Source: Camelus dromedarius (taxonomy: Eukaryota). Taken from it: a stretch of DNA of 64,000 nt. Of the stretch, positions 37,541 through 49,528 are shown piece after piece. The stretch spans positions 29,762,001-29,826,000 of the forward strand of contig NC_087437.1 in the NCBI RefSeq assembly GCF_036321535.1, read 5' to 3'. The position numbers and the translations under genes are program-made. The notes under the pieces were generated by a model. That model had not been told where the DNA came from and did not search any database. It saw only the letters and a list, made by a program, of their open reading frames with translations. Each line of letters starts with the position of its first letter. The first letter of the stretch is position 1.

Positions 37541-38189
37541 CTTTTTAAAGAATCACTCTGGCTATAGTGTGGATAATCAGTTGAAGGGGGCAGTATCAGA
37601 ACTGGGGCTATAAGTTTGGGTCAAAATGCAGTCAATCATGTGAGAAATAATGGAGGTTTTGACTAGGATAGTAGCAGTTGAGATGGAAAGAAGACAGAAA
37701 GAGTAAGTAGAAGACATAAGAATTTGTAGCAATGGCTTGGAAAAAATAATATTTGAAGGAAGGTAAGTATCAAGTATGGCAAGCAGGTTGGGCTTGAGCA
37801 ACCTATGATGGAAAAGATGGGAGAAGGTGCAGTTTCAGGTGGAGGTGGGTGAGTGGGGGGAAATAAAAATTTGGTTTTGAATATGTGAAACAACCAAGTC
37901 TGGTTCTATAGGTAGCATGTGATACCAAGTCTGAAGCTTTGGAGCTAGGTCTACATTGGGAGTGATATAGTGTTGGAAGTTGTTATAGAGATGACATAGG
38001 AAAGCATGAGGATGGTCGAGAGAGTGGATGGTAAAGAGAAAAAGAACTGAGCATGGAGCCCTAAGGAGCATAAACATCTGTAAGTCAGTGCAAGTGACTT
38101 CGAAAGTGGCCAAGCCACAGGGGTGTCTGACACCCAGATCTCGGTTTCTAAATACCATTCATTCAATCATTGTTTAGCTAAGTGGCTAA

Positions 38190-38857
38190 TTAGATGTAAT
38201 TAGTTAATAACTAGGGTGGACCTTTAATCCAATATGACTGGTGTCCTTAGAAAAGAGACGACTTGCATGGAAAGACTAGTCACGGTTTAAATAATCCAGT
38301 GTTTTGTTTTTTTGTCTTGAGCCCTAGAAATATCTGACGTGTGGAGTTCTTTTTTTTTTTTTTTTTTTTTGAAAGCTATGTCTTTTATTTTATTTTATTT
38401 TTATTGAAGTATAGTTGTTTTGCAGTATTGTGTTGGTTTCAGGTGTACAACATTGTGATTCAGTATTTTTGTAGATTGTACTCCATTTAGGGTATTGTAG
38501 AATGTTGGCTGTATTCTCTGTGCTGCACGATATATCTTTGTAGCTTGTTTATTTTATACATAGTAGTTTTAAAAAAAGAAGAGAAGAAACACAGTCACCC
38601 AGAAAAAATGCCATGTGACTACAGAGGCAGAGGCTGGAGTTATGCAGCTGAAAGCCAAGAAGCACCGAGGATTGCTGGCAACCACCAGCAATAGAAGAGG
38701 CAAGGAAGGGTCCTCCCCTAGAGCCTTCAGAAAGACCATGGCCCTGTTGACATCTTATATTCAGACTTAGCCTCCAGGGCTGCAAGACTATGTTTCTGTT
38801 GTCTTAAGACATCCGCTTTGTGGTAATTTGTTATGGCCTCTGTAGGAAGCTAATACA
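38190..38857 (+). mobile_element. MaLR LTR (MLT1C-like) interrupted by a ~310-bp insertion
   Basis: 'ggtggacctttaatccaatatgactggtgtcctt' resumes as 'gaagagaagaaacacag...ccatgtgactacagaggcagagg...taggaagctaataca'. Confidence 0.88.
38383..38570 (-). mobile_element. Antisense L1 3'UTR fragment with excess plus-strand G
   Basis: 'ttattgaagtatagttg...tttattttatacatagtagttt', homologous to other L1 3' ends in the window. Confidence 0.88.
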
Positions 38858-38959
38858 CCATTCATTCATTCATTCACACACATTTAAAGAAGAACATAAA
38901 AAAGTTCTTTCCCTTCCTCCCCTCTCTCTTTTCCTATCCTGAAATTTTAGTCCTAAAAC

Positions 38960-40445
38960 TCTAGGGACCTTTACTGTTCCCCCTACCAACTAAGTGGCAT
39001 AAGGAGGGTGTCCTTGCATGGGGGGAGCTTGGAACGGGGGTGACAGAACCTGATGAAGGTGAACAGGGCTGGCACTCACAGGGGCAGCTCAAAATGGGAA
39101 GTCAGGGATCCACCTGGGCTCAGAGGATATCCACTTGAGGGTAACCCTGCACAGGTGTTCGAGCTGGGGTGAGGAGAGCAAACATGCATAGGAGCAACAC
39201 TTGGGTAAACTGATTAAGTAAATATATCAAGGAAAACAGGGGCCAAGTTTCTCACTTTTAGAGAGGGGAATTACAACAAAGGAAAAAACAACTAGAGTGA
39301 ACTCTGGGCCAAACTGGAGTAGGAGGTATCAGTAAGAGCTCATGGTTTTGAATACATATAGATAGATATGGAAATAAACATAGATGTAAATGTGTGTGTG
39401 TGTACATACATCTAGTCCTTAGCTCAGTGTTCTGAGGGGGCAACAAGAGCATCTAGCACCTAGATCTTGGTTTCTAAATACCATTCTCCACTAAAAGGAT
39501 CCAGGAACTTCTTGGAAAAATGACTGATTCCAGGGGTGGGACTGGGAAAGTACAGGATGATCAAGACCAAGAAAACTAAGAAACAAACAAAAACCTCTAA
39601 AAAACAATGGGAACATGTCAGAAGGACACAGAAGTCAACTTCCAGGGACTCCTATTGACCAAACTGGAGAAACTTTGAGCAAAATAAATAATGTTATTAA
39701 TGGGGCTTTGAATAAAATTAATTCAATTGAATAAAATAAAAACCATGAATTAAAAGAGATACAAGTAAATGAATACATTGGAAGTTTGATGAAAAACAGA
39801 ATATTTACATAGTCTAAAAGTACTCCAAACAAAGCACTTATAAATTACTAAGTGAGAAGAGTAACTTTATGGTGGAAAAACCTGCTAGACACCACTTTAA
39901 TCAAGGGATAAAAATGAAAATCATTAATAATGGGGCATATTGAACTCACATGTCACCTGGTAGGTGACACAGTATCACTTCTGTGACACTCCTGCCAATG
40001 GTGTACAACCTAAACCTAATTGTAAGGAAACATCAGACAAACCCAAATTAAGGACCATTGTACAAAATAGGGCAATAATTCTCGAAAGTTATCAAGGTCA
40101 TGAAAGTGAAAAGAGTGAAATACTGTTCCAGGGTGAAGGAGACTAAAGAGAAATAACAACTAAATGCAACGCATCCTGAAATTGATCTTTGTGCTGTAAA
40201 GGTCACTACTGGGACAAAAGGCAAAACTTGAATGAGGTCTGAGGTTTAGTAATATATCAGTGCTGATTTTCTGCTTTTGATGGCATTGTGACTATGTAGG
40301 AGAATGTCTTTATTTGTAGGAAATACACATTAAAATATTCAGGGGAGACGGCATTACATGTGCAATTTTCTCGTAAGTGGTCCAGAAAAAAGTACTTGTG
40401 CAACTTTTCTGTAAGTTTGTGATTGTTTCAGAAAATTGTTTTAAA
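38960..40445 (+). mobile_element. L1MC3/L1MD-like long 3'UTR
   Basis: 'gatcttggtttctaaataccattctccactaaaagga', 'aaggaaacatcagacaaacccaaattaaggaccatt', 'gtaggagaatgtctttatttgtaggaaatacac'. Confidence 0.85.
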
Positions 40446-40961
40446 CATTGTGTATGCAAGGCACACTTTGAGATATGGTATAAAACACCAGGTTCTAAAA
40501 GATACAGGACTTGTATACAAGGAAGTTACAACCAAGCCGAGAAGTTGAGACAGGTACATATGTATTCCTGGTAAAATTAAATCAAACCAACAGTCAAATT
40601 TGACTGAAAATTCCTCTACCCTGACAGCCCTTTTGCCATACCATATATTGCAAATGTATTAAGGAAGTTTAATACTGCTTTAAAAAAAAATGATTGCCCT
40701 AACTTGATCCAACTTCTTTGCAATATTGGGCCTGTGAAGATTTCTTTATGCCTAAATCCAATCCCCTGGTAACTGACTAGTGTGGAGTTGAAGTCATCAG
40801 TTTCACTAAGGGCCCAACTTTATAAAGGAATTCATAAGTGGGGAAAAAAGGGAGCTCCAGGAACAGAAATAAAGAACTTTTTGCTTCACATTCATTATAC
40901 CTGTTTCCTAGAAGCATTTATTTTCCAGAGTACCAATCATCCCTCACAAAAAGCTAATTTC

Positions 40962-41748
40962 TTTGTTTTTGTATTTTTTTAATTGAAGTATAGTCAGTTT
41001 ACAAGGTTGTGTCAATTTCTGGTGTATAGCACAATGCTTCAGTCATACATGAGTATACATATATTCGTTTTCACATTCTTTTTCATCATAAGCTACTACA
41101 AGATATTGAATATAGTTCCCTGTGCTATACAGTATAAACTTATTTATCTGTTTTATTTATACCAGTCAGTATCTGCAAATCTTGAACTCCCAATTTATTC
41201 CTTCCCACCTTCTTCGCCCTGGAACTATGTTTGTTTTCTATGTCTGTGAGTCTGTTTCTGTTTTGTAAATAAGTTCATTTGTCTTTTTTTTTTAAATGAG
41301 ATTTTGCTCTACAACTAGTAAGACTGCTGTTCCATGTACAAACAATAACCTGTACATAATACATTGTATCGCTATGCCAATGGTCTAATAAACTAGGCTT
41401 GAAATAAAAAAATAACCTCCAAGTATACAAGAAATAAATAGAATTACAAGTAGAAATATATTTATCCGGAAGTTTTTACACACCTCTATTGGTTCTTGAT
41501 AGATCAAAAAGGAAAAAAAATTCTACAGATACAGTAAACATGGACCACAAAGTCAACAAGCTTGAACCAAAAGACAAACATGGAGTCGTGCATAGAAGTT
41601 AATTAGCTATTAAAAGACTGAAACAATCTGAAATTGCTCCTTGGAATCATGCATCAGGTGGAGAGTCTGGTCAAATGACCCCTAAGATCCCAACAAACCT
41701 CGGGATTGTTTAGTCTAGTTTCAATAAATATTTCACTAAAAAAAAAAA
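40962..41748 (+). mobile_element. TSD-flanked retroposed insertion: inverted young L1 3' end (40962-41293), ~440 bp of foreign genomic sequence, AATAAA and poly(A)
   Basis: Perfect aaaaagctaatttc at 40948-40961 and 41749-41762. AATAAA at 41723-41728. A-run at 41738-41753. Confidence 0.9.
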
Positions 41749-43890
41749 AAAAAGCTAATTTCAAAGATAGGAGAGGCAGCCAGAATACATTTGTTCAGTA
41801 TTTTTCATCTCCTAATAAAGCAACAGGACAGCATGATCACTAGAGGGCACAGCTGGGTTGTTCTCAGGCATGTGAATACAGAGGAATTTCTCCAATTTTA
41901 TATCTAAAAGGAATTTATACCATCACGTCACCTCTGAGACACAATAGATAAATGAGTTCATTTCCAAGTAGGTGCATTGCCTGATATAGGTGATTTAGTG
42001 GCAGGGGAAAAATGCTATCAGCAAATTAAAGCACTCTCGCATTTCTGGACTCCAGTGTCATTTAAGTTTTTCCGGTTTTCATATCTATTATGTTGTAGCA
42101 TTTAAAATAGGACAATATGTCTGCCCACCTTTGATTTCGGTTTCATTGTTAAGCAACCCCTTTGCTTTTCACAGCTTCTAGTCAGCACAGTAGACACCGT
42201 TTTCCTCACCAACATCTTTCCATTTATTTTACCTTCAACTTTTTACTGACAATCTTGAAGGATTTTTTTAAAAAGACATTTTCAGTAACCCAGAGTGATC
42301 ACTTTTATTTTCCCATCACTCCTGAGTTTTGAAATCTTAGTACCTAATATTCTGTAGAAATTTCTCTTTCCCATTAGATACTCCTGTTAACCAAGCAACT
42401 GGGAACAAGAGTTTTCTCCATGGTAACTACCTATGGGGTGTGGTACATGGGAAGTGGGCTGAGGGCAGGCCCACTGTCAATGCACCCCACCTTCACCTGC
42501 CTGACCCTTCTCCACCCACACATTCCATATCCCCACACTCCTAGGCACACTTTCCCTGGTTCTTCTCAAAAATAATCCAGCCAAAATCATTTGTAAAACA
42601 TCTGAGCAATGTAGGGAGGGGTAGGAAAAAGTAAAAAATCATGTATGCTTACAATCTAGTTAGAAGGACAAAGCATAAAACTAGGCTAAATGTCAAAAAC
42701 ACAAGGCTATATAATTAGTGATTAATTATTTAATAGTCATATATTCTAAATTCTCCAGAACAGCATTAATTTAAAATATTCTGACTCATTGTCACTTCAT
42801 GTAGTAAAATAGATCTTAAAATAGTTTATCAGTAACACATTGAGGCATCTGAAGACCTGGACTAGAATATGATTTTTGCCACCTACTGTGTCACTATGGG
42901 AACTCTGGATTTCTCTGAACTTCAGATTCCTCATTGGTAAAATAGGAAACATATTGCCTACCTTTTAGAATTACTATGAAGATTGCATTTTCTGGGACAA
43001 CATATAGCCAAGGTCTAGCTATAGTAGGCAATTATATCATCATTGTGTGCAAAAGTATGTGTTCAAAAATTTTTATTTGAGGACCCTGTCACCATAGCAT
43101 ATATCAGGTACTGTGCTAAGTAAGCATTGGAAAAAGTGATAGGATAGCCATTGCCCTCAAGGGGCTCACTATTGAATGTTAATACTAACAGTATTATAGG
43201 CATGTAATAAGTATATTTCTATTATAAACACATATGTGTATAAATAAAAATACATATAGAGGAGGCTGCCCCCAAAGTTTTGACCATTAGAAGTGCATGA
43301 TCAAAGAAGCTTAGAGACCATTCACAGGTTTATTGACAACTAATAACAGTATCACGTTAGGAGATTCTGCAGGGCTGTGAGTTGAGTGTAATGGGAGCCC
43401 AGAGATGTGTGATAGATCTTGATAGGCTTAAGCGTGAGTGGGAATTCAGTCAGGAATAGAATGGAAGAAAATTTCAGGCAGGAATAATGAGTGTGGGCTT
43501 TGGGCCAGACAGAGGTGAGTTGAAATACTGACTCCATCACTTTCTAATTGTATGACCTCAGTTTTCTCTTGCATATATCTGGAAATACCACCATCCACCC
43601 CAGGGTTGCCCAAGGACCAATTTTTGTTTAATTAAATGAGATAATACTCATTGGTTCAATGCAGTTTCCTTGCTCTAGATCCCTTCTTCCCTCCTTACCT
43701 CAGTAAGATGCTCCTGATCAGATCTCTGCACATCGTAAGTGGGCAAGCATGTAAGGATTACTGGGTTCTGAATTTTTTCATTATTGCTGCTCAGACATTT
43801 GTCTGTGACTCATGTCTGAATTTTAACCCCTTATGACCACTCACTTTATGTGGGTTTCTGGGACCCTCTGTCTGTTTCTGATCTTCTAAC

Positions 43891-44382
43891 TATAGTAGGC
43901 ATTTTTTTGTACTCCCACATCTTTTCTCCCTACTACTGGTAGCAGCACCCTGATTTCCTTTGGCAACCCACTTATTTCTCATTCAGTCCATATGGCTCTG
44001 GGATTCAGGCCAGTCACAACAACTTAACCCCCTGGCTGGAGCAGTTGAGTCCAAGATGGAACACAACATGAGTCGAAGAGAGCCAGGCCCAAGACTTTTA
44101 TCGGAACTTGGCAGGAGAGACTTTCTCTTTCTTTCAGACTTAGAGCTTCAGTTCCCAGAGGCCACCATTAAAGAAATACTTGGCTGAGAGAGGAGCCAGT
44201 ATAGTAAAGTATAACCTAAAGATAGAAAAGAAGTTTTCTGAGGACTCTGTTGAGCACCTGGATCCAACAGTCTGAAGTCTGAAGATTTACCACTGAATCT
44301 CTCCACATGTGAGCCAATAAATTCTTTTTTCTTTTATTTTGGTTTTGATTTGTATCATCTGCTACTGAAAGAGTCCTAATAC
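43891..44382 (+). mobile_element. MaLR LTR (MLT1J/K-like)
   Basis: 'gagcacctggatccaacagtctgaag...tgtgagccaataaattc...ctgaaagagtcctaatac'. Confidence 0.75.
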
Positions 44383-45199
44383 CCCTGAAGTTTGTCAGCC
44401 AATCTAGTCTTCTGAACCCTTCTTTTCATATTGGCTAACTCCACAGACCAAATTTCCAGTTTTACTGCCACCATTGACAATGGAGTTTATTAAGTAGAGG
44501 ATAAACCCACCTGCTTTCTTAGATCTGTTACGTTTATAATAATTGTGGCAATTTGCTTTGTGTTTATGGACTACTTTCACACTCTGAGGCATATGGTAAG
44601 ACCCAAATAAGTTGATTCTACCATTTCCCTACTGTTTTTGAAGGACACTGCCTTTAACCACCTCCTCTCACAATCTCAATACTACTACTACTACTAGCAA
44701 GAATAATAGCTGCCATTGACTGAGCATCCACTGAGTACAAGGCATGGTACCATTAGATCCCATCAGGCTGTGTGGGCTGTAACCATCATTATAACAAAAT
44801 AAAATGGAATAGAATAAAGTAGATCAGAATGGAATTACACAGAGAAGAAAATATCAGAATACATCCAAGGTAGTAAGAATAAGTATTTGTTTGCAAATTT
44901 TTCCATTTATATTGTGTCTGTGTGTGCAATGAGTACTGATTTGTAATATAAAGCATATCTTAAAATGTAGGTTGTAATGAAAAAGTAATTTGTCCCAAGT
45001 CACATAGACAGTAACAGGGCCAGCTCTAAATCCAAGCATCTGGCTTCCAGCTGTCTCAACAATATGCCATTTATAGATAAGGAAGTTTGGAGAAGTTAAG
45101 TAATACGGAGAAAATGATAATGCCCACTACATAAAATTGCAAAGGTAAATCATATTATATAACTGTCTGGTGTAGAGTATAATACAAGTTAGTTCATAT

Positions 45200-45540
45200 T
45201 AAATCATTTTGGAAGCTGTTTTTCCATGTAACATTATATTATGAACAGATTTCCATTTATTTAAATGCTCTTTTACAACAGCATTTTAAATGGCTGCAAT
45301 GCATTCCTTTGTATTTGTAATGATTTCTTTGGTTACTCAATCTTATATTGTGAGATATTTAGGTTGTTTCCATCTTTTTGCAACTTATAACAGCAATTAA
45401 CAGCTTAAAGCATAATCTCCATGTATAAATATTTCCTTAGGATAAATTCTGAGAAGGGGAACAGCTGAGTCAAAGGGCACACATATTGTAAACTTCAGAA
45501 CATTTAAACCAGTTTACACTTTCCCCCAGCAATTACTCAA
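45200..45540 (-). mobile_element. Old antisense L1ME 3' fragment
   Basis: 'gatatttaggttgtttccatc', 'atttccttaggataaattctgagaag'. Confidence 0.7.
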
Positions 45541-45989
45541 GTCTGGCCTTTCTTTAAAAAATATTATTCATCAGGAGTTTTCTAATAACTTAAAAGCTCA
45601 TTTGTAGGACAAGTTACTGCTGTCATGGTAAGACCAGCTAGGCTGGCCTTGTGCAAAACTCATCAAAGCATTCCCAGCCACATCTCCACCCCTCTTCACC
45701 CCATCTCACTCCTGCCCTTGATACAACTTTATGTCTCTCCCAAGAGGATTCTGTTGCCTCACATAAACAACCATTCCTCCTATCACTGGGGACACTCTCC
45801 TGGACCTCAACCAAGCCTATCCATTGAATGCACAGGAACTGAGCAGGATCCTTATTTTATTTCCAAAACACAATCATACTGGGGTGCAACAGCACTGGTT
45901 GCTTAATTGCTTTATTGGACTCTGATAGCTGTTACTTATAAGTATCCAATTCTCTTGCCCATCCCTATTTTCCTTTTAACAGCTTTCTC

Positions 45990-46511
45990 CTCCTTTCCCA
46001 TTCCTTTCTTTTAGGGACCACCTCCCCAACTGCATGTCCTAATGAAGGTTTCCATCTCAGTACCTCATCCTTCCCCCTGGCAGAGGTGGAAACAAGATCC
46101 AATCTGGATCTATAAAATAGTCACATATTCTTCTGGACACAGAAATTGGTCCCCAGGACAGACACTGGGCACAAGAAGGACCAATCAGAAACTCCCTCTG
46201 AGACTGCGATTCAACTTTTCAGAGAAGGGACTTCTCTCCACGTGGCTACTAAATTATGATTAGGTGAACCTGATGCTGCTGGCAGCCACCTTCCCAGCTG
46301 CGTAGAGGAAGCTGTTGACTCTAGAAGCGAAAAAAGCCAGCACGCTAAGAGAAGCAGAGACAACCAGGTGACATCATTGAGCCCCTGCATCCAGCAGTGC
46401 CTTAACTCAGTGCCACCAATGGACTTCTGAGTTAAAAAAGAAGGAGTTGTTTTGGGTAAGACAAGTGTACTTGGCTTTTTGCCTCTAGTAACTGAGAGTC
46501 TTGATTGACAC
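45990..46511 (+). mobile_element. MaLR LTR (old MLT1K/L-like)
   Basis: 'gctgctggcagccaccttcccagc', 'tgagcccctgcatccagcagtgcct', 'aactgagagtcttgattgaca'. Confidence 0.65.
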
Positions 46512-47013
46512 AGTTGTAAGACAAGTGGTATTAACAACATACTATCTTGAGTTCAGAAGAGGAAGGTGTATTATGTGAATGAAATATATGGTAATAGGGT
46601 GGAAGTTAGGTCAAGTTATAAAAGTATGTAAATAATAACAGTTATCAGTGCCAAATACCTCTAAGAAAGTTGTTTGTTCTTAAAGATAACGCAATGAATT
46701 TAAATGCAGCAGTTGGAGTGAGGAGACTGGTTATGGTCTCCATTCTACCTCTAGACATCTACAGATCCTTGGCCAAATCATACCACCTCTTTAGAGCTCA
46801 TTTCCTCATCTGAAAATGAGTAGGCTGGACTGGTTAGGCTCCAGGGCCTCTTTGAGCCCTAAAATCAGTAAACTTCATCCAGTAAAGTCACTGTGGTCTG
46901 AACCATGTCTAGAAAATGTTGTTTGCTGGTTGGCTCAGGCCTGAGTTACTGTTTGTTGATGTGGGCAGGGGTATAGTGCATCAGAAGTAGAGAAAAGATC
47001 AATATCCCCAAAC

Positions 47014-47444
47014 TGTAATGGAGAAGAAAGTTTGTATTTTATTCCAAGATAATCACTAAAGGGATGTTGCCAGTAAGCTTAAATTATATAATGGCCCATC
47101 TCTGGGAACCTTGCCTCCCAGGTAATGAACATTAAACTAAAACACCTTAGTTTAGTTCATAGGAAACATCCTGACCAGGCCCACCTGTGAAAGGTTGCAG
47201 GGAGGAAGAAATAAACACAACCCTCTGGAGTCTGGCTAGAACCAGGACTTCACCCCCTCCCCTTTTAGTATAAAAGAAGTCTGAATTCTAACTCAAGGAA
47301 GATGGTTCTTTGGGACACTAGTCCACTATTTTCTCAGTCTACTGGCTCCCCAAATAAAGTAGCTATTCCTTGCCCCAACAACTTGTCTCTCTCAATTTAT
47401 TGGTTTGTCATGCAGCAAGCAGTACAAGCTTGAACTCAGTAACA
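47014..47444 (+). mobile_element. ERV1-class solo LTR (431 bp) with 4-bp TSD
   Basis: TGTAA...TAACA termini. aaac at 47010-47013 and 47445-47448. TATAAAA at 47269-47275 and AATAAA at 47353-47358. Confidence 0.92.
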
Positions 47445-47673
47445 AAACCTTATGGTTATTACATTAGCAGGGGAGAAGCAGAACAGATACCAAAGACACA
47501 ATCATGATGACCATGCAATGCCTTTATAAGGCTTCTCTGTGTGTCCCAAAACAATCACTATGGGACAATGAAGCTTTTCAGCATTTCATAAAATTAATCC
47601 AGGCTGTTAGTGATTCAGCCTCAATTTACCACCCTCTCTAAATGTCTGGCCTCCTCTGAAATAACTCTTAGTG

Positions 47674-48008
47674 CAGAGGTCACAAACTGGCAGACCACAG
47701 ATGGGTTCTGTTAGGACCACACATTGTTGGTGCACAGAATATTTTTAAAATTTCAAACTAGTTGCTGAGGTTTAAATAATTGGAAGATTTTTCATTTGAA
47801 AAATCTGGATTTCTGGCTTCTCTTGAATCAGACACTCTGGCAGCGCTGAGCCCACATTCCCACGTGGCAACGATAGACTGAAGCTGAGTAGCAGCTGCTC
47901 CTTTCTGACAAGGTATGCATTGTCTGTGCTCCCGCAGATCTCTCTGGGCTATTCTGTACAGGTAGGTTACCTCTTGGCCTCTGTAGACTTATTAGTCTGT
48001 GATCAATC
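47674..48008. mobile_element. MER102-like hAT MITE (related copy, opposite orientation, near 33680-33990)
   Basis: 'cagaggtcacaaactggc...aaaatctggatttctggcttctcttga...gagcccacattcccacgtggcaac'. Confidence 0.7.
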
Positions 48009-48574
48009 TTAAGGCCTTGTTATAACTTACTCACCCACTGTGCTCATGCACTCAATGTGGTAACAGTCGAGCTTCACAGTTACTGACCCTGGACTCCAGA
48101 TGGCAGAAATGCAGTAAATTGTGGCTAAGAAGTAACAGCTTAGTCAGGAACTACTTCCCAGAGGCTCCATCTGTAGAGTCAACTGAATCCCCAATCTAGA
48201 ACTTAAAGCTACAGAAAATGGAATTTTTCTTTATTATTATTATGTAATGAAAGATTTAAGATGACAATTTTTTTTCTAATTGGCAAATTCTAATCCTGGA
48301 CTCTAAATATGCATAGAAAAAAATCAGTATTCAAATAAAAGGACCAAAAGTCCAAAGGAAAAGGATTAATCTGAGGAATCATAACAAATATCACCTATTT
48401 ACTTCAAGAAACTAAACTTTTTCTAAAAAATTTCTAATTCGTAGTCTCTATAAATGTCAAAAGGACATTGTTTCTATTAAATGAGTACATTCTGAGGTCA
48501 GAAGAAGTTTTCATATGAAAAAGCAACAGATGAAAAGCAAATTCTCTGTTTTTATTTTCTTAATATTTTAAATT

Positions 48575-48735
48575 TCTTTTACTGAAGTATAGTTGATTTA
48601 CAATGTTTCAGGTGTATGACAAAGTGATTCAGTTATACATACTTTTTTCATTCTTTTCCATTATATCTATTACAAGATATTAAATATAGTTCCTTGTGCA
48701 ATACAGTAGGACCTTGTTGTTTACCTGTTTTAAAC
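48575..48735 (-). mobile_element. Short L1 3' end
   Basis: 'tgaagtatagttgatttacaatg...cagtaggaccttgttgttta'. Confidence 0.85.
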
Positions 48736-49249
48736 ACAGCAAACTTGAGTTTTAATTGAATAAACAGGAGAAAATATCCGTGAACCCAGAAAACATGTCA
48801 CTTTTCAAACTGGAAGGACATAAAAATTCCTGGAAAATTAAATTACTTTCAGGGATAAAGGAAAAAATTTTCTAAGAGCACTCAGGTGAAAAAAAAAACC
48901 AGGTTACTTCTCTCAGGAAAAAGAAAAAAGGAAACAGATTGGATTCAGAAGAATCTGGGGGAAAAAAGGAAGGAAGCAGGGCAAGAAGGAATGAAGGAAG
49001 AAGGAAATACAGAAAAAAAGAAAGTTAGTTTACAGTCATGTTTTTCAAACATGCACAGTCAATCATGAAAGCCATTTAGTAGGTGTAAGCAGCATTTATT
49101 TTTGAGTCTAACAGAACAGAATAGAATATCAATATAAAAAATCTAGCGTATATTAAAGGTAAGCAAATTTGGGGTGTGTGTGTGTGTGTGTGCCTGTATA
49201 TGTATGTGCCACTGAGTGTGATGAAGTAAACTGCATTCGTTACTTTGAA

Positions 49250-49528
49250 CTAATTTCTTCAAATTTGGTGGTTTCAAACAACATTTAGTATCTCCCAGTC
49301 TCTGTTGGGTCATAGCTTAGCTGTGTTCTCTGGCTGAGTCTTCCATGGGGCTGCCATCAAGGTGTCAGCCAGGACTATAATCATTTTAAGGCTTGACTGG
49401 GTGTGGACTGATTACCAAGTGCACTCAGGTATTGGCAGGATTTGGTTCACGGTGAGTAATCGAACTGAGACCCTCAGCCCCTCACTAGCTATTAACCAAA
49501 GGCTGCCCATAGTTCCTTGTCACGTGTA
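49250..49528 (-). mobile_element. MaLR LTR fragment (MLT1E/F-like)
   Basis: 'ggctgccatcaaggtgtcagccagg...aggcttgactggg...gttccttgtcacgtg'. Confidence 0.75.

Larger units (their letters stand above)
35215..38100 (-). mobile_element. L2 element (35215-35296 and 37545-38100) split by L1 sequence
   Basis: 'gggaagccattggaggttttgaacaggagaatgccatcatctga...' continues as 'aaagaatcactctggctatagtgtgga' at 37547. Confidence 0.8.

Noticed and set aside
49174..49192. (GT)n, and similar (TA)n at 53651-53690 and (CT)n at 13706-13721
   Set aside because: Ordinary short microsatellites.
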